A stretch of 64,000 bases of DNA from Podarcis filfolensis (taxonomy: Eukaryota). The stretch lies in the NCBI GenBank assembly GCA_964270895.1, contig OZ185440.1, one strand, 5' to 3'. Made by a program: the position numbers and the translations under genes. This document shows, piece by piece, positions 12,451 through 25,211 of the stretch; positions within the stretch are counted from its first letter, which is position 1, and the number at the start of each line of letters is the position of its first letter. The notes beneath the pieces were generated by a model, which was not told where the DNA came from, did not search any database, and worked only from the letters and a program-made list of their open reading frames with translations.

Positions 12451-13981
12451 GAAGACATTTAAATCTGGACAAGCCAGATTGAATTGTGTATTGTCTTAAG
12501 AAACTCACACGAGTTTGCAACTAGTTTTCTGCTGTGCATGAGAAGGGGAATGTAAACTCTGCTAAGTAAAGGAACTTGCTAGCACAAGTTAGGAAGGTTA
12601 TTAATAAACAATATATCCTCTTCTGCCATTCTGAACATTCCCACAAGATGAATGATGTAACTACCTAGGGAGAAAGCTTTTCAGGTTGTACCAGATAATA
12701 AACTGAACATTAGTCAATAATGTGATGCTGTGACTCAAAAGTCCTTAGTCATTTTAGATGCTCTCAATACACAGAAGGTATTAGTCATGATATGTGTAAG
12801 GCAATGCTTACAAAACACATCATTTGAGGAAGCTAGACGAACAACTTCATTTCATGAAAAAGTAACACAGTAGCAAACTCCTTGTGAATGGGAAACTCCT
12901 GACTATGCAGATACAGCTTAGGCCAGTGATTAAACTATATAATGACACTATCCAAGCTGTATGCTCAGCATTAGTAAGCAGACATGCTATTGCAGAATGG
13001 TGGAAAACATTAAACAAGGTCTGAACATCCCACTCTTAGCTGCATTCAAGATGAACAAAAATGCATTTAATATTAATTCTCAGCATTTTAAACCTATAAC
13101 TATAAGCAGTGTTACTAATCCAGTTGTAGCAGTCATGAATCCTCATAGTGCAACTTGCTAGGAAAATGGAATAGGGTCATAGGGACCACTCAATGGTGTT
13201 AAGACCAGCAATGAATGTATTGCTTGCATTTGGGAATTTGTGCGTGTTGCCTTACAATATAGTAATTTTGACCTGACCCCTTAGGTAGGGAATCTTCAGC
13301 TCCAATGACAGTCATGGCCCACCAGAGGGTCCAAGTTGGCCCACAGGACCATTTCTCCCAATCTCTTTGTCCAATCCATTCCAAATAACTTTATTGTACT
13401 AGCCTCTGGCCATGACAAACATGTAGTTTTGTCAGCGTATTCCCTGAAGGAATAGGCAGACCTTTTCCCCAATCCCATGGGTTAACTTTAACAGGTCTTG
13501 TCCACCTATCAGTCACCTAACACCATCATTATATATAATGATTGACAGGTGGGTGGCACTGCTCCCCTGTCAAAGTTGACCACCGGAGGGGGAGAGATAA
13601 AGATTTGGTCCAGTGGGCCAAAAAGGTTCTACCCCTTGCTTTGGGGCAAGGCATGTGCTTTCATTTAGTTTCACTTTGTGTTCCGTTAGTAATTTTTAGC
13701 TATGCCCAGGCACAAACCAGAAGCTGTTTTGCACTGGCTCTAATAAAATTCTCAACCCCATGAGCATCCACAGGAATTTGTGTAAGAGGAAGGGAGAAAA
13801 TAAATACTCCAAACAAAATAACAAGTTAAAGGCTGAGAGAACTATGCGTGCATAGCCTAGCAAAAAGAAGTAGAGAGATATAGGTTGAGGAGGTTCAACC
13901 ATGTAAATGCACTTCAGAAAGAAGAGGAGCAACAATAGTTTATTCTATCCACTGAAAAGAGGTGCAGAAACAAAGACTGTA

Positions 13982-14393
13982 ACCAAAGCAAATCCAGCTC
14001 CAGGGGGAAGTGAATCCGCAACCTGATTGGCCTACAGGAGAATTCCAGGATTAGCCAATCATGTGCGGCCCATTGTGTAAATAATGTATATAAAGGAGAT
14101 ATTGTGGGGGAACTTTAATTCCTCCTCACCACTATGAGCTGAATAAAGAGCATGAAATCCACTCTCGACTCTGAGTATATTTCAGTGGCTATGGAAGAAG
14201 CAAGACCTTCTGGGGCGTTAATGCTGTGAGTCCCTCCATCTTAGGCTCAGGTTGCATGCATGTGTAAATAAACCTTATATCATAAAGATACCATCATCTC
14301 CGCTCTCCCTCAGTTCAAGGAAACCGAACCCCAAGTAAGCGCCTGGAACCCATGGAACCTCACACCACTCAGAGATTGGGGTGATGTGCAACA
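13982..14393 (+). mobile_element. LTR-like remnant (5'-truncated)
   Basis: CCAAT boxes on both strands, TATATAAA, two AATAAA, and ends ...GTGCAACA. Confidence 0.55.
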
Positions 14394-16578
14394 ATATTTT
14401 ATTTTTAAATTGTTGCAACCCACCCTGGTACATCATGGTGAAAGATGGGTAAGCAATCTAACAAATGATCATGAGATGTGATTCAGGACTGCTTACCTGT
14501 GTTCTCCTCTGAAAATTATAAGAACGCAAACCAGACATTTGCATTGTCAGTTCTGGTAAGAAGCTGTACACAATTGTTATATTTTAATCTGCAATGGTGG
14601 GGAATTACTTTGCACCCATTCTTTATAGCAATAGCTATTAAATACCTACAGCTATTATTTAAGTTGATTCATTTGCCAGACTTAATTGCCGTGAGTAAAT
14701 TAGTTTGCACTCTTATTCCAATAAATGAATAAGAAATAATGTTACTCTGTTGTAGCTGCCTCTTTCTTCAGTGGAAGATTGTAAATGTTCACAGCAAGTG
14801 TTTGATATTAAAATATTCAATATCTTCAGTGTGCTTTGGCCACACAGTTCTCGTCTGAATTTATTCAAACAAGGGATCCACAAATGCTTACTAATAGGAA
14901 ATAAGACGGCACAAATGCTTAAATGTTCAGTTTTGAAAGTCTCTTTCTCCCACTCAGTCAACATACCTGTCTGAAGTTCATTAACTCAGTTTTTATTTGC
15001 AATAATATCCAGAACTAAAACCAATGACAATTTTGTGTATTAACATAATGGCATAGAATACAATAAGTATATCTATCTCTTGTGAACGCATACCTTCTCA
15101 TGCTCCTCCCTCCCCAAACAAGGCAGCCTGGTGGGAAGAAAAAACCTGATTTGAAGCCATAGCAACATTTGTTAAGAAATTAAATGGTGTTCCATCCAAG
15201 TACTTTTGGCCATAGCTTTACAGTGCAATATGCCTAAATACCCATGTATTCACGTATTATAGTGTAGCAGAAAGAATTACAAAGCTGTGCCTCTCACTCA
15301 CATCATGTCAATTTATAAAGTGATTCAGTATTCCTACTGGATTATGTTTTCCAAGGATGCTGAGTTTCAAGGAGACAAATATCAAAGATGCAGATTTTTC
15401 TTATATACCACTCAAGTGGCATCATACCAGTAGAAGTGGGGGAAAGAGGTAGAGGACTTTTCCAGTGCAAAACTCATTTGTTTCACTTTCCAAAAAAACC
15501 TTTGGTGGATTGCCTATACATATGGTGGATTGCCTACACATACATACTGTACATATAGCGAGATTTGAGATGAGGGCAGTTAGTTCCTTCTCTTGGTGTG
15601 CAGTCCTGGCCTAGATCTCGCAGGGCCAGCTTGGGACCTGAAATGGGGCGTTCTGGGTGTGGAGAGGTCTCAGCTGGTCCAGGATCAATTGGATCCCAAG
15701 CTGGCCCTGCCACTCTGTTAATCCCTGCTGGATAAAAGCTAACATTTGTATTGCAAATGAAATGCTCTGGATGTTTAAAATGTTCTGGGGCTTCTCCATT
15801 CAGTTAAAACATCGGATTGATCCATTCCTTTCTCCCCATCCACCCATTAATCATTTTTATAACAAGGAATCAAATAATTTCATCCTTGCACTCTTACCCA
15901 AACTCCCTGATATTTAATCAGCATAAGTATGTAAACGATTGTCTCTGATTTTCCAGACATATTCAGGGCTAATACAAACTCCAAAATAGCATTAATCTTC
16001 CTACAGTTCTTACACAGTTCTTCCCCCATGCTAGACCACAACTTAAAATCAGGGAGATGATGATTGATTAGGTGCTCTCCTGATGCGAGCGGCTGCACAT
16101 GGAGGAACTTAAATTAACTCACACGCCAAATAATCCATGGGGAAGTGCATCTCCTCATTTCTTCTTGTGGTAAGCACCCTCTGAGGAATTCAACAGAAAA
16201 ATATTTTTGGGGAGCGGGAGGTACTTATCAGACTGAGTGCTAGTTTTTAACCCTGTAGCACTTCCATGTATTTACAAAATTATGACTTTGAAACTTTCGG
16301 ACTGTGAAATGATATCCCCATGGTCCTGGGTGCACAGGTGATTGTATATATATTATCCCCAGCTCACCCTTCCCCAGTATCCACATTTTAAACATGAGCA
16401 CGGGCTCCAATTTGCTCTATATCAAGATACAGAATTTCCCTGCAATGAGGATAAGTAATAAGACTGGGTGTCTTAACTGCTGCAAATATGTGTACCTCCA
16501 AGCAGCTAGAAGGTGGTCAAGAACTGTAACAAAACAACAATGATGATGGAAGCAAATGTCTCTCACCTGCCCTTAAAA

Positions 16579-16706
16579 TAAGGTTACCAGATTTTTTTCA
16601 ATGAATCTGGGGACACATTTTTTTCAATGAATCCGGGATTTCGTATGGGGACTAGTTTGTAAACCCGGGGACTATCCCGGGGAAAGGGGGATGTCTGGTA
16701 ACCTTA
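16579..16706. mobile_element. hAT MITE, 128 bp
   Basis: 13-bp perfect TIR TAAGGTTACCAGA/TCTGGTAACCTTA; perfect 8-bp TSD CCTTAAAA (16571-16578, 16707-16714). Confidence 0.9.
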
Positions 16707-17965
16707 CCTTAAAAGGTGATGTTATTTGATCCAGTTCTTAGCTTTGGTGTGATAGCAACCTGCGTGCCCCAGAGTTGGCGGTAAAAAGGAGGTGGTGGTG
16801 GTAGAACACTGGACAGGTCACATACATAACTAGTCTCACTCCTATGGCAGTTATATAGCAAGGGCAGGCATGTGCTTCACAGCTTTTGTTTAGCCCCAGT
16901 TCCATAATGCAACAGGTATTGCAGAGTAAATAGAATGTTAGAAATTGGAATAGAGTGCTAGCATGATAATCAGCAAAACTCCCTTGTAACACTGTAAATG
17001 CCATGTCTGAATGCAGCCTATAGAACTGCTTCTGGACTTGTCTACCTTAGAGGAAGTGAGGAGAGCTTATATGTTCTTTTCATAGCTCCACTGAGACACA
17101 CAGCATCAAATTAGCAAGACCATACTCATTTGTATTTCACAAAGACTTTCAATTATATTTAAAAATGTATTTCATTACAATGTGGCTTAATTTACATGGC
17201 TAACATATCCATAGTTCCATCTGCACGGCCAACAGACTTTCATTTTCTCAGGAACAGGACTTCAATTACTGCAGAAATACAACTGAGAGATTTTCTTTCT
17301 TTCTTTAAGAAAAATAAAGGCAGTGTTATAGCTGAGGGAAAGGACTGACAATGAAGAGGTGTGAAAGGTGCACTATTTCCAAAAAACTCGGATGCATATT
17401 AACGTGTACTTCAAAGATCAGCATAAAAGGTTTTAATCTGTTTCTTCTGCAAGGTGGTACATCTCTAGCAAAACAAACGCTTTCTGAGATCCATATCCTC
17501 CTGTCCTCCCACCCCATTTTTCTTGCCTATTTAGTATTGAACTTGTCTTGAAATGAGGTTGAGTTTCTTAAGCTCAAGCACTGCTCTGAGCAATCACCAA
17601 ACAAACAATCACCACGTATTTAACAGATGCTAGGCATCATCACAAAGCAATTGAGAAGGCTTCAGTAGAAGATACTTATGGTTCATAACAGCCTGACAAC
17701 AAGAAGAGCTTGGCTTTAAGTAAAGGTTCCTTGATGGAATAAGGTCACAGAGCACTTTGCAAGATTCAGATCTGACGATGAAGCATAAACATAATTCCAT
17801 ACACCAATATGATCAAATCTTTCTGCACCAGTTTAAGGACTATTCATTATGGAGTAGGGTTTAATGACACCCAGGGTATATTAAGACATGAGCTTACTGG
17901 AGTTTTCCAGGTTTTTCCCTTCCTGGGTTTTAATAATATATTCACACTATGTGCTATTAAGCTGA

Positions 17966-17976
17966 CTTTTCTTTCT

Positions 17977-18024
<48 letters not shown>

Positions 18025-18026
18025 TC

Positions 18027-18054
<28 letters not shown>
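17966..18054. repeat. Compound (CTTT)n(ATCT)n microsatellite, probably the tail of a short minus-strand L2-like 3' end (18060-18115)
   Basis: Repeat read directly; adjacent sequence is CTCAAAGTGGCTTACAAC. Confidence 0.85.
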
Positions 18055-18059
<5 letters not shown>

Positions 18060-18189
18060 ATTTCCGTTTAAAGACCACTTACTTTCAGAAGATCTCAAAG
18101 TGGCTTACAACAGATAAAAATATACAGGGGAAAAATATATATAAACAGAATGGAGCAGATTCAATGAACAAGTCCTGCTAGCAGATTCA

Positions 18190-18870
18190 CAGCTGTCCAT
18201 GGAGGCACAGGTCACTTCTGTGTTCAGGACAGCTGTCTACCAGCTCCATCTGGTACACTGGCTGAGACCCTACCTGCCCGCGCACTGTCTCACCAGAGTG
18301 GTACAGTTCTGGTTACCTCTCACTTGGACTACTGCAACGCGCTCTACGTGGGACTACCTTTGAAAGTGACTTGGAAACTGCAACTAATCTAGAATATGGC
18401 AGCTAGACTGCTGACTAGGAGTGGCTGCTGGGGCCATATAACACCGGTCCTAAAGGATCTACACTGGCTCTCAGTACGTTTCTGAGCACAATTCAAAGTG
18501 TTGGTATTGACCTTTAAAGCCCTAAACAGCGTTGGCCCTGTATACCTGAAGAAACATCTCCTCTCACATCTTTCTACCTGGACACTAAAGTCCAGCTCCA
18601 AGAGCCTTCTGGCAGTTCCCTCACTGTGAGAAGTGAAGTTACAGGGAACTAGGAAGAGGGCCTTTTCGGTAGTGGCACCCTCCCTGTGGATGCCCTCCCA
18701 TCAGATGTTAAGGAGATAAAGAACTACACAACTTTTAGAAGACACCTGGAGGCAGCCCTGTATCAGGAAGTTTTTGATGTTTTCTATATGTATTGGAAGC
18801 TGCCCAGAGTGGCTGGGGCAACTAGCTAGATGGACAGAGTATAAATACCGGTAATAAAATTATTATTATT
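18190..18870 (+). mobile_element. L2-type LINE 3' fragment (ORF2 C-terminus plus 3'UTR)
   Basis: Degenerate LRPYLP...LDYCNALYVGLPLK...LQLI...HITPVLKDLHWL..FKVLVLTFKALN, then the conserved 3'UTR and an ATT tail. Confidence 0.9.
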
Positions 18871-19709
18871 AACCCTGTTCAAGGACTTCCACTAGCACAA
18901 CAGGGCTTTCCCTGCCCATCCTCTCACCCATCCCCAAAGTGGCTCTGGGAGGGGTCAGAAGAGGAGAACCACCCCCAGAGCAGTGTGCAGGTCAAGGAGA
19001 GGGGGACTGTTCAGTCTGGCAAGTGGAAATGCTGACGGAACAATTGCCATAGCTCTGCATTGAAAAGGTACAAGAAATTAAGGTACAAGAAGTACAAGCA
19101 CCATGCTAGATGACTATCCTGCAAATGCACTATTCTGTGCATTTATTTATTTCACAAAATAATATACCTTTTGACTGTACTAAAACCTCAAAGCAGTTTG
19201 CAAATCATTTCGTACTTGACCTTGTTCCATCAACAAACCTTTTACTTTAAGCCAACCAGGCTATTGTGAACCATAAATACCATGTACTGAAGCCACCGTC
19301 AACGGATTTGCAATGACGCGTAGCATCTGCATGCTTGAGGATGTTCCCTTTGTGGTCACAATACCTTGAGTTGTATGTCATGATCCAAGCATCCCATGAC
19401 CAGTTGTAGCATTCTTAGATATTGCACTTCCATTTTAGGTTCGCAAGATGAAAGGGGTCATAAGGCAGCTACTGAGGGGGCAGTGCAAGACCAACCCACT
19501 TTTCACTACTGGCGAGAATCAGACTTGCATGCTAGAAGGAGTATTTGAAAACATTGTGGGGGCAGGAAAGTGAGTAAGACATGTTTGTGGGAATCACTTG
19601 GTATGCCTTTTCAGTGCTAGATCCAAGCAGTGAACATCAATAGTAGTACTAGACCTTTGGTGCGTCTAAAGGAAACATCACAAAGTAGGGAGAAAATACT
19701 CAAGTTCAC

Positions 19710-20059
19710 GTGGGTGGCGCTGTGGTCTAAACCACTGAGCCTAGGGCTTGCCAATCAGAAGGTCAGCGGTTCAAATCGCCGTTACAGGGTAAGCTCCCGT
19801 TGCTCGGTCCCTGCTCCTGCCAACCTAGCAGTTCAAAGCACGTCAAAGTGCAAGTAGATAAATAGGTACCGCTCCAGCGGGAAGGTAAACGGCGAATCCG
19901 TGCACTGCTCTGGTTCGCCAGAAGCGGTTTAGTCATGCTGGCCACATGACCCGGAAGTGTACGCCGGCTCCCTCGGCCAATAAAGCGAGATGAGCGCTGC
20001 AACCATAGAGTTGTCCGCGACTGGACCTAATGGTCAGGGGTCCCTTTACCTTTACCTTT
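19710..20059 (+). mobile_element. Sauria SINE (Squam1), near full length
   Basis: GGTGGCGCTGTGGTCTAAACCACTGAGCC...GTGCAAGTAGATAAATAGGTACC...CCCTTTACCTTTACC; 13-bp TSD TACTCAAGTTCAC (19697-19709, 20060-20072). Confidence 0.93.
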
Positions 20060-20534
20060 TACTCAAGTTCACAGGACTTATTCAGGCCATCTGCTGAGGG
20101 GGAAAAGGAGGATGGATGAAAAAGCCCAGTCTGTGGGTTGCAATAGCTGTGCAGTCCAAACTTACACTTGGGATTTAGGCCTATTGTGTTTAGTTGCACT
20201 TGCTGCTGGACTTGTGTACGTAGAATTGTAGCCTTTTAAGAGAAGGTTATTTGCAGGCTTAACCTGAAATCACACTTAGTATTAAACTGAATCGCAGCAT
20301 GCTGGCTGACTGACTGGCTGGCTGTTTGGGTGCCACAAATTCTGTAGCCTCACCTTACTGGCTTTACAAAATATGGAGAAATTAATGCAAAAATACGGGC
20401 ACTAGCAATTAAGAGGGAGAAGCCACACTTTCGCTCATCAATAAACAGGACCTCTAGCATCATGAAGTAGATTATATTGCCTTTAAACATATTATTTGTC
20501 CCTCTGGAGTGAAAGTGAAAGAACACCTTGGGGG

Positions 20535-20681
20535 CAGTGGCGTAGCGTGGGGGGTGCAGGGGGGGCCGGCCGCACCGGGCGCAACATCTGAGGGTTAGGG
20601 TTAGGGGACGCAAATCCACGGGTTAGGGGGCGCAAATTACTTGCCTTGCCCCGGGTGCTGACAACCCACGCTACGCCACTG
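20535..20681. mobile_element. hAT MITE, 147 bp, with internal TTAGGG repeats
   Basis: 17-bp TIR CAGTGGCGTAGCGTGGG/CCCACGCTACGCCACTG; 8-bp TSD CTTGGGGG/CTTGGGAG (7/8). Confidence 0.88.
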
Positions 20682-23600
20682 CTTGGGAGGAAGGCTTGCC
20701 AAACTCTGTCCTTTCACTTTCTACCCTATGAACTCTACCAGTAAGGTGGTCTAAGTTGGATGCTCCAAGCTTTGATCGGGTGGCTTAAGCAAGCCATCCT
20801 TGTGTTTCTATACAAATAATTTGGAAACTCTCACCATTTTGGAACCTAAGTTATACTGCCTGTATTTTCTTGCTGTCGTATGGAAAAGCACATGAATCTG
20901 GCCTTTGATGAGTTTGTAAGTAAACCATTTTTAACTTACCAAATGTGTGGTCTTTTTGTATGCTAAGAGAAGTTGGGAACTTTGGAAGCAACTTAGAAGG
21001 GATAGTTTGAAGGTCTAACAGCCTATATTTCCATGCTTTACTTTGCTGCATATTTTGTGATTTTAAGTCTCTGCTGGGGCTGTTCGACCAAAGAGTCCTT
21101 GCCCCCAAACCTGGATCTAGGCATCGAGGGAATTCTCTTTTTATTTCACCATATCTGTTTTTCTTTTTAACCAAACTAATCCAACATAGAATCCCTAGTC
21201 TGATCTATTTATAACAGAGCCAGAAGCAGAGTTTTGACAGACATGTCTAGCAGTGCGTTAATAAAGGCCAGAATGAAAACAACAAGGAAATATAACTTCT
21301 GGCAGAGTGGATAAGAAATGTCCCCAGGACAGTGATGAACCATGAAGACACCTATGAGATTAACATTTATTGAGCAGGACTGTAAGCAGCCACTCTGCTC
21401 TGTGTGTGAAAATGGCACAAAGGAGGAGAATGCTTTGGATGAGCCCAAATGTAGACTTCAGTGCAAACTTCAGTCACAGAATGGTATGAACATGCTGTAA
21501 AAAAATATTTTTTTAATGAATGTATTCATTGCATTACATAGATATGATGCAAAGCCCTTGTTGAATTACTAGGGATAACAGAATTAGATAACTGTCTGTG
21601 ACTCAAGTCCAAAATAGGTTGACTCATAAATTGCAGTGTTTCCCCAGGTTTTATCATTCTTTCCCCTTTAATTAGTAACAGATATATGCAGTCACCACTG
21701 CACTGGTTTGCGATTACTCCCAAGTTTCATTTTCACTTTAGCAAACTGGTATGCAGATTAGCAAGTACAAAGCATATAGAAAAAGCCTTGCGGAACTTCT
21801 TAATGTGAACACACAGAGATACTTATTCAGGGGAAATATTTGGAAAACCTCTCAATGTCCAGAATAGGTGGACAATAAAGCTTTCAGCATAAATGGAAGA
21901 CATCAAGCATACGACATAGCAAACCTTGCCCAAAGTAGGAAATGGATGCAGAAAATCTTGTATTATTTGGACACACATGCTTCTTCCTTATGTTTCTTGG
22001 GATTTGATCTGCAGGATGAATAGCAGCAATGATATGTGTTCATATAAACAGAGAAAAAGGATAAAGCAAAAGGAACTGACTGCAGTGATTGAATTAAAAA
22101 AGACTGAGGCCTCTCTGATCCTTCATGCTGCTGAAGTATCATCCAGGTAAAGGGTTTGGGGGCAGAATCCAGACCCCATCACACTCTCAGTTGGGCTTGG
22201 AATTAATGAAGAAATTTTCTACTATTTTGGGGAAAACAGCATGGTTAGCCTACCAGATTTCCAAACTAAATGGTGAGCAGGGGAATAAATAATAAACACA
22301 TATATAAGAAAGTGGCCTAGGCTGCACAGAGACACCCAGGGAACATCAGGAGGCACTGAAACTCAAAATTATCCATTGCTCTTGGTCAGAGATCACCAAA
22401 CTGTTTGGACCAGTTTCATAATTTTCAGAATGTGCAGTGGGCACCTGCCACAAAATAGCTGCTGTGGGGGGCATGGCATAACACAAAATTAGAAACTGCA
22501 GTCACCGTAGTGAAGCTTTTCTCACAATTGTTTTTCCATACCAGGAAAGGCTTCACTTGCTTGCTGAATTTCTGCCTGCCATACTGTTTTTAAAGGCACA
22601 AGAACCTTGTTCCCCTACCAAAACCAACCCTAAACCAAATCCTAGGCTACCATCTCTTACCTGGAAGTTACTGCCATTAAACTTCTGACTAGATATGAAT
22701 ACCATTGAACTGACAGTTAACTATACAGCTAATTCTTAATGAGTGTGTGGTCTTTGGTTTCTGCAGGCAAGTCACACCCCTAAGCTTCTTTGCAACATTT
22801 TCACATTTGCCTTTGGCGGGGAGCGGGGGTTGTTTAACCCCCTTAGCTGTGTAATTGTATTTGTGTAGCAGTATTCTAGGGACTACCCAGTGTCACACGA
22901 ACCCATCACAGGAAAGATACATTCTGTTTGCTAGGGGGAAATGCAAAGCCAACTATGGACATTTCTGGACCTTGTAATCTCCAAGATTGCAGGACAAAAG
23001 CAGGAAATGACCACTAAAGAGGATGGAGAAACAGCAGTCCTTTAGGACTCAAGGGACTCCTACTGCCTGGTGTCCAAACAGCTCACTTATCCATCACAAC
23101 TCTGATTTCATTCATTGATTAAAAACAGCAATAAGGAGGCTGGCTAAGTTCACCGAAATCATAGAGATATGTACCTGCACATTTTCTAATTTTATTTTTA
23201 GAAGGGCTAGAGACTTACTCCACACCCCCCCCAAAAAAACCCTCCAAAAGCTTGGAGTCTGGAGTCCCTGACCAGATGTGTCAGTGAAGGCCTGCACAGG
23301 TGCCCAGGGGTTCCGGGTTGGTGACACTGAGGTTATTGTTCAGGGAGAAAATTGGAATCATTCTGTAGGAAGAAGCAAAAATGTTTCTAAAATAGTGTCT
23401 TCCTAAAGATCCAGCCACTGGAGAGAGTACACGGGGAAGCATTTTTTTTTTTTAATTCTAATTTTTTCAGAGAACACATTATCTTCACATTTCTGTCAAC
23501 TGTGAACTGCCAAAAAAATAAGCCTTGGACATTTTCACTCTCTTCACACATGGAAGCACAGAGACAGGTCACATCCTTCGTAATAAACTCTAATCTAGCC

Positions 23601-24031
23601 TTCCCCTGTCCCCCCCTTTTTTTAACTCTAATACTGGTAACTAAGAAAAATAATAGGTATCAAGTGCCTTAATGCAAAGTAAATATGCATGTGTAGAAAA
23701 GTGCAAGGTAAATGTAAAGCCAAACAGTTGCACCTTATGAATGCGAAGCACACCTGTGTTCTGCAGGCTTGTTTATGGAGTTTAAATTGAAAAAAAGTAG
23801 TTTCTATAGTAACATTTGCATCATAGTGTGCACTTATGCTGCTGCTGCTAGAGAAAGGCATTCTGACATGTGAACCTTTTGCATTTCTTCAGTGTTACAA
23901 AGAACAAGTCTGTTGTCCAACAAATACTGTATAAACTTCCCTCCTCAAGGTGGATGCCTTTCAATGTCAATAAGCACATATCTGATCTGTATGCACGTTT
24001 TAAATGATTATGAGGGGAGAGGAAAGGGTAC

Positions 24032-24183
24032 NNNNNNNNNNNNNNNNNNNNNNNNNNNNNNNNNNNNNNNNNNNNNNNNNNNNNNNNNNNNNNNNNNNNN
24101 NNNNNNNNNNNNNNNNNNNNNNNNNNNNNNNNNNNNNNNNNNNNNNNNNNNNNNNNNNNNNNNNNNNNNNNNNNNNNNNNNNN
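24032..24183. other. Assembly gap (152 N)
   Basis: Run of n characters. Confidence 1.
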
Positions 24184-24576
24184 NGTCTGGTTTTGTTTCC
24201 CTTAGAATTCTAATGGTGGTTGCCAGTACCTCATTTAAACAGAGCTTTTCCTCTCTAGACTCACAGCAACTGCAGCAATGGAAAACCAGTACTGTAAAGG
24301 CAGGCTGTTAATTGACTAATTCTATTTGTCAATAAAATTGAAGCACACCACTGTGTTCTAATATGGATCTACAATGAGCGTATCTGTATATAATAATATG
24401 TAAGGCAGTGAACAAATCCACCCTTTTCCGGAAAAGGTATGTTTGGAGGACCTGGAGGAGTAGGTGAGGGCAGCTGAATTTTTGTCCTTAGAGCCATAAG
24501 CAACCTCTGTGGCTTAGAGTGCTGTTAACAGCTAAGACTGATACACCAAGTGCAGCCCTACTTGTTTACTGGGTTT

Positions 24577-24780
24577 ACAGTCGTCCGTGCCTTATTAAAC
24601 TCCCTTCTAGACTCCTGTAATGCATTATTTGCATGGGCTGCCTTTGAAAATAATCTAGAGACTGCAGTTAGTGCAGTATATGGCGGCAAGGGAGATTATT
24701 GGGACTGGGCAATATGAGTCCATTATGCCAGTACTTTTAACATCTTCACTGCCTTCCAGTCCATTTCCAGGCCCAAGTCG
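24577..24780 (+). mobile_element. Old L2-type LINE ORF2 fragment
   Basis: Degenerate match to the 'VVHAL..SRLDYCNAL..GLPLK...LQLVQ' segment seen at 18.3 kb. Confidence 0.55.
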
Positions 24781-25075
24781 CTGCCCCACCTCCTGGCTGA
24801 TCTAAAAACCCAAGAGAAAGGGAAGACATGCAGAATACTTGGTAGGTATATCTATCCAGTGGTTCCAATTATCCTTGTCTCCAGGATAGCCCTTTCATTC
24901 AGTTTTTCAAGTGCAGTTGGCAACCACCAGTTTTCCTAAAATGATTACTTCCACCATTTCTTCGAATGAAAGCAAATTAAAATATCCCTTATGTATTTTG
25001 CTGCACTAGTCTGGACAGAGACTGAAATTTGACAAGCACCTGAGTTTACTCTATATATTGCAGGACACTCTAGAC

Positions 25076-25211
25076 CAGGCACCCCCAAACTTGGCCCTCC
25101 AGATGTTTTGGGACTACAATTCCCACCATCCCTGACCACTGGTCCTGTTAGCTAGGGATGATGGGAGTTGTAGTCCCAAAACATTTGTACGGCTGAGTTT
25201 GGGGATGCCTG
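25076..25211. mobile_element. Palindromic hAT (Charlie-like) MITE, 136 bp
   Basis: TIR CAGGCACCCCCAAACT/AGTTTGGGGATGCCTG; internal GGGACTACAATTCCCA...TGGGAGTTGTAGTCCC arms; perfect TSD CTCTAGAC. Confidence 0.9.

Noticed and set aside
15502-15541. 20-bp tandem duplication (TGGTGGATTGCCTA(T/C)ACATA)
   Set aside because: Only two imperfect copies; an ordinary slippage duplication.
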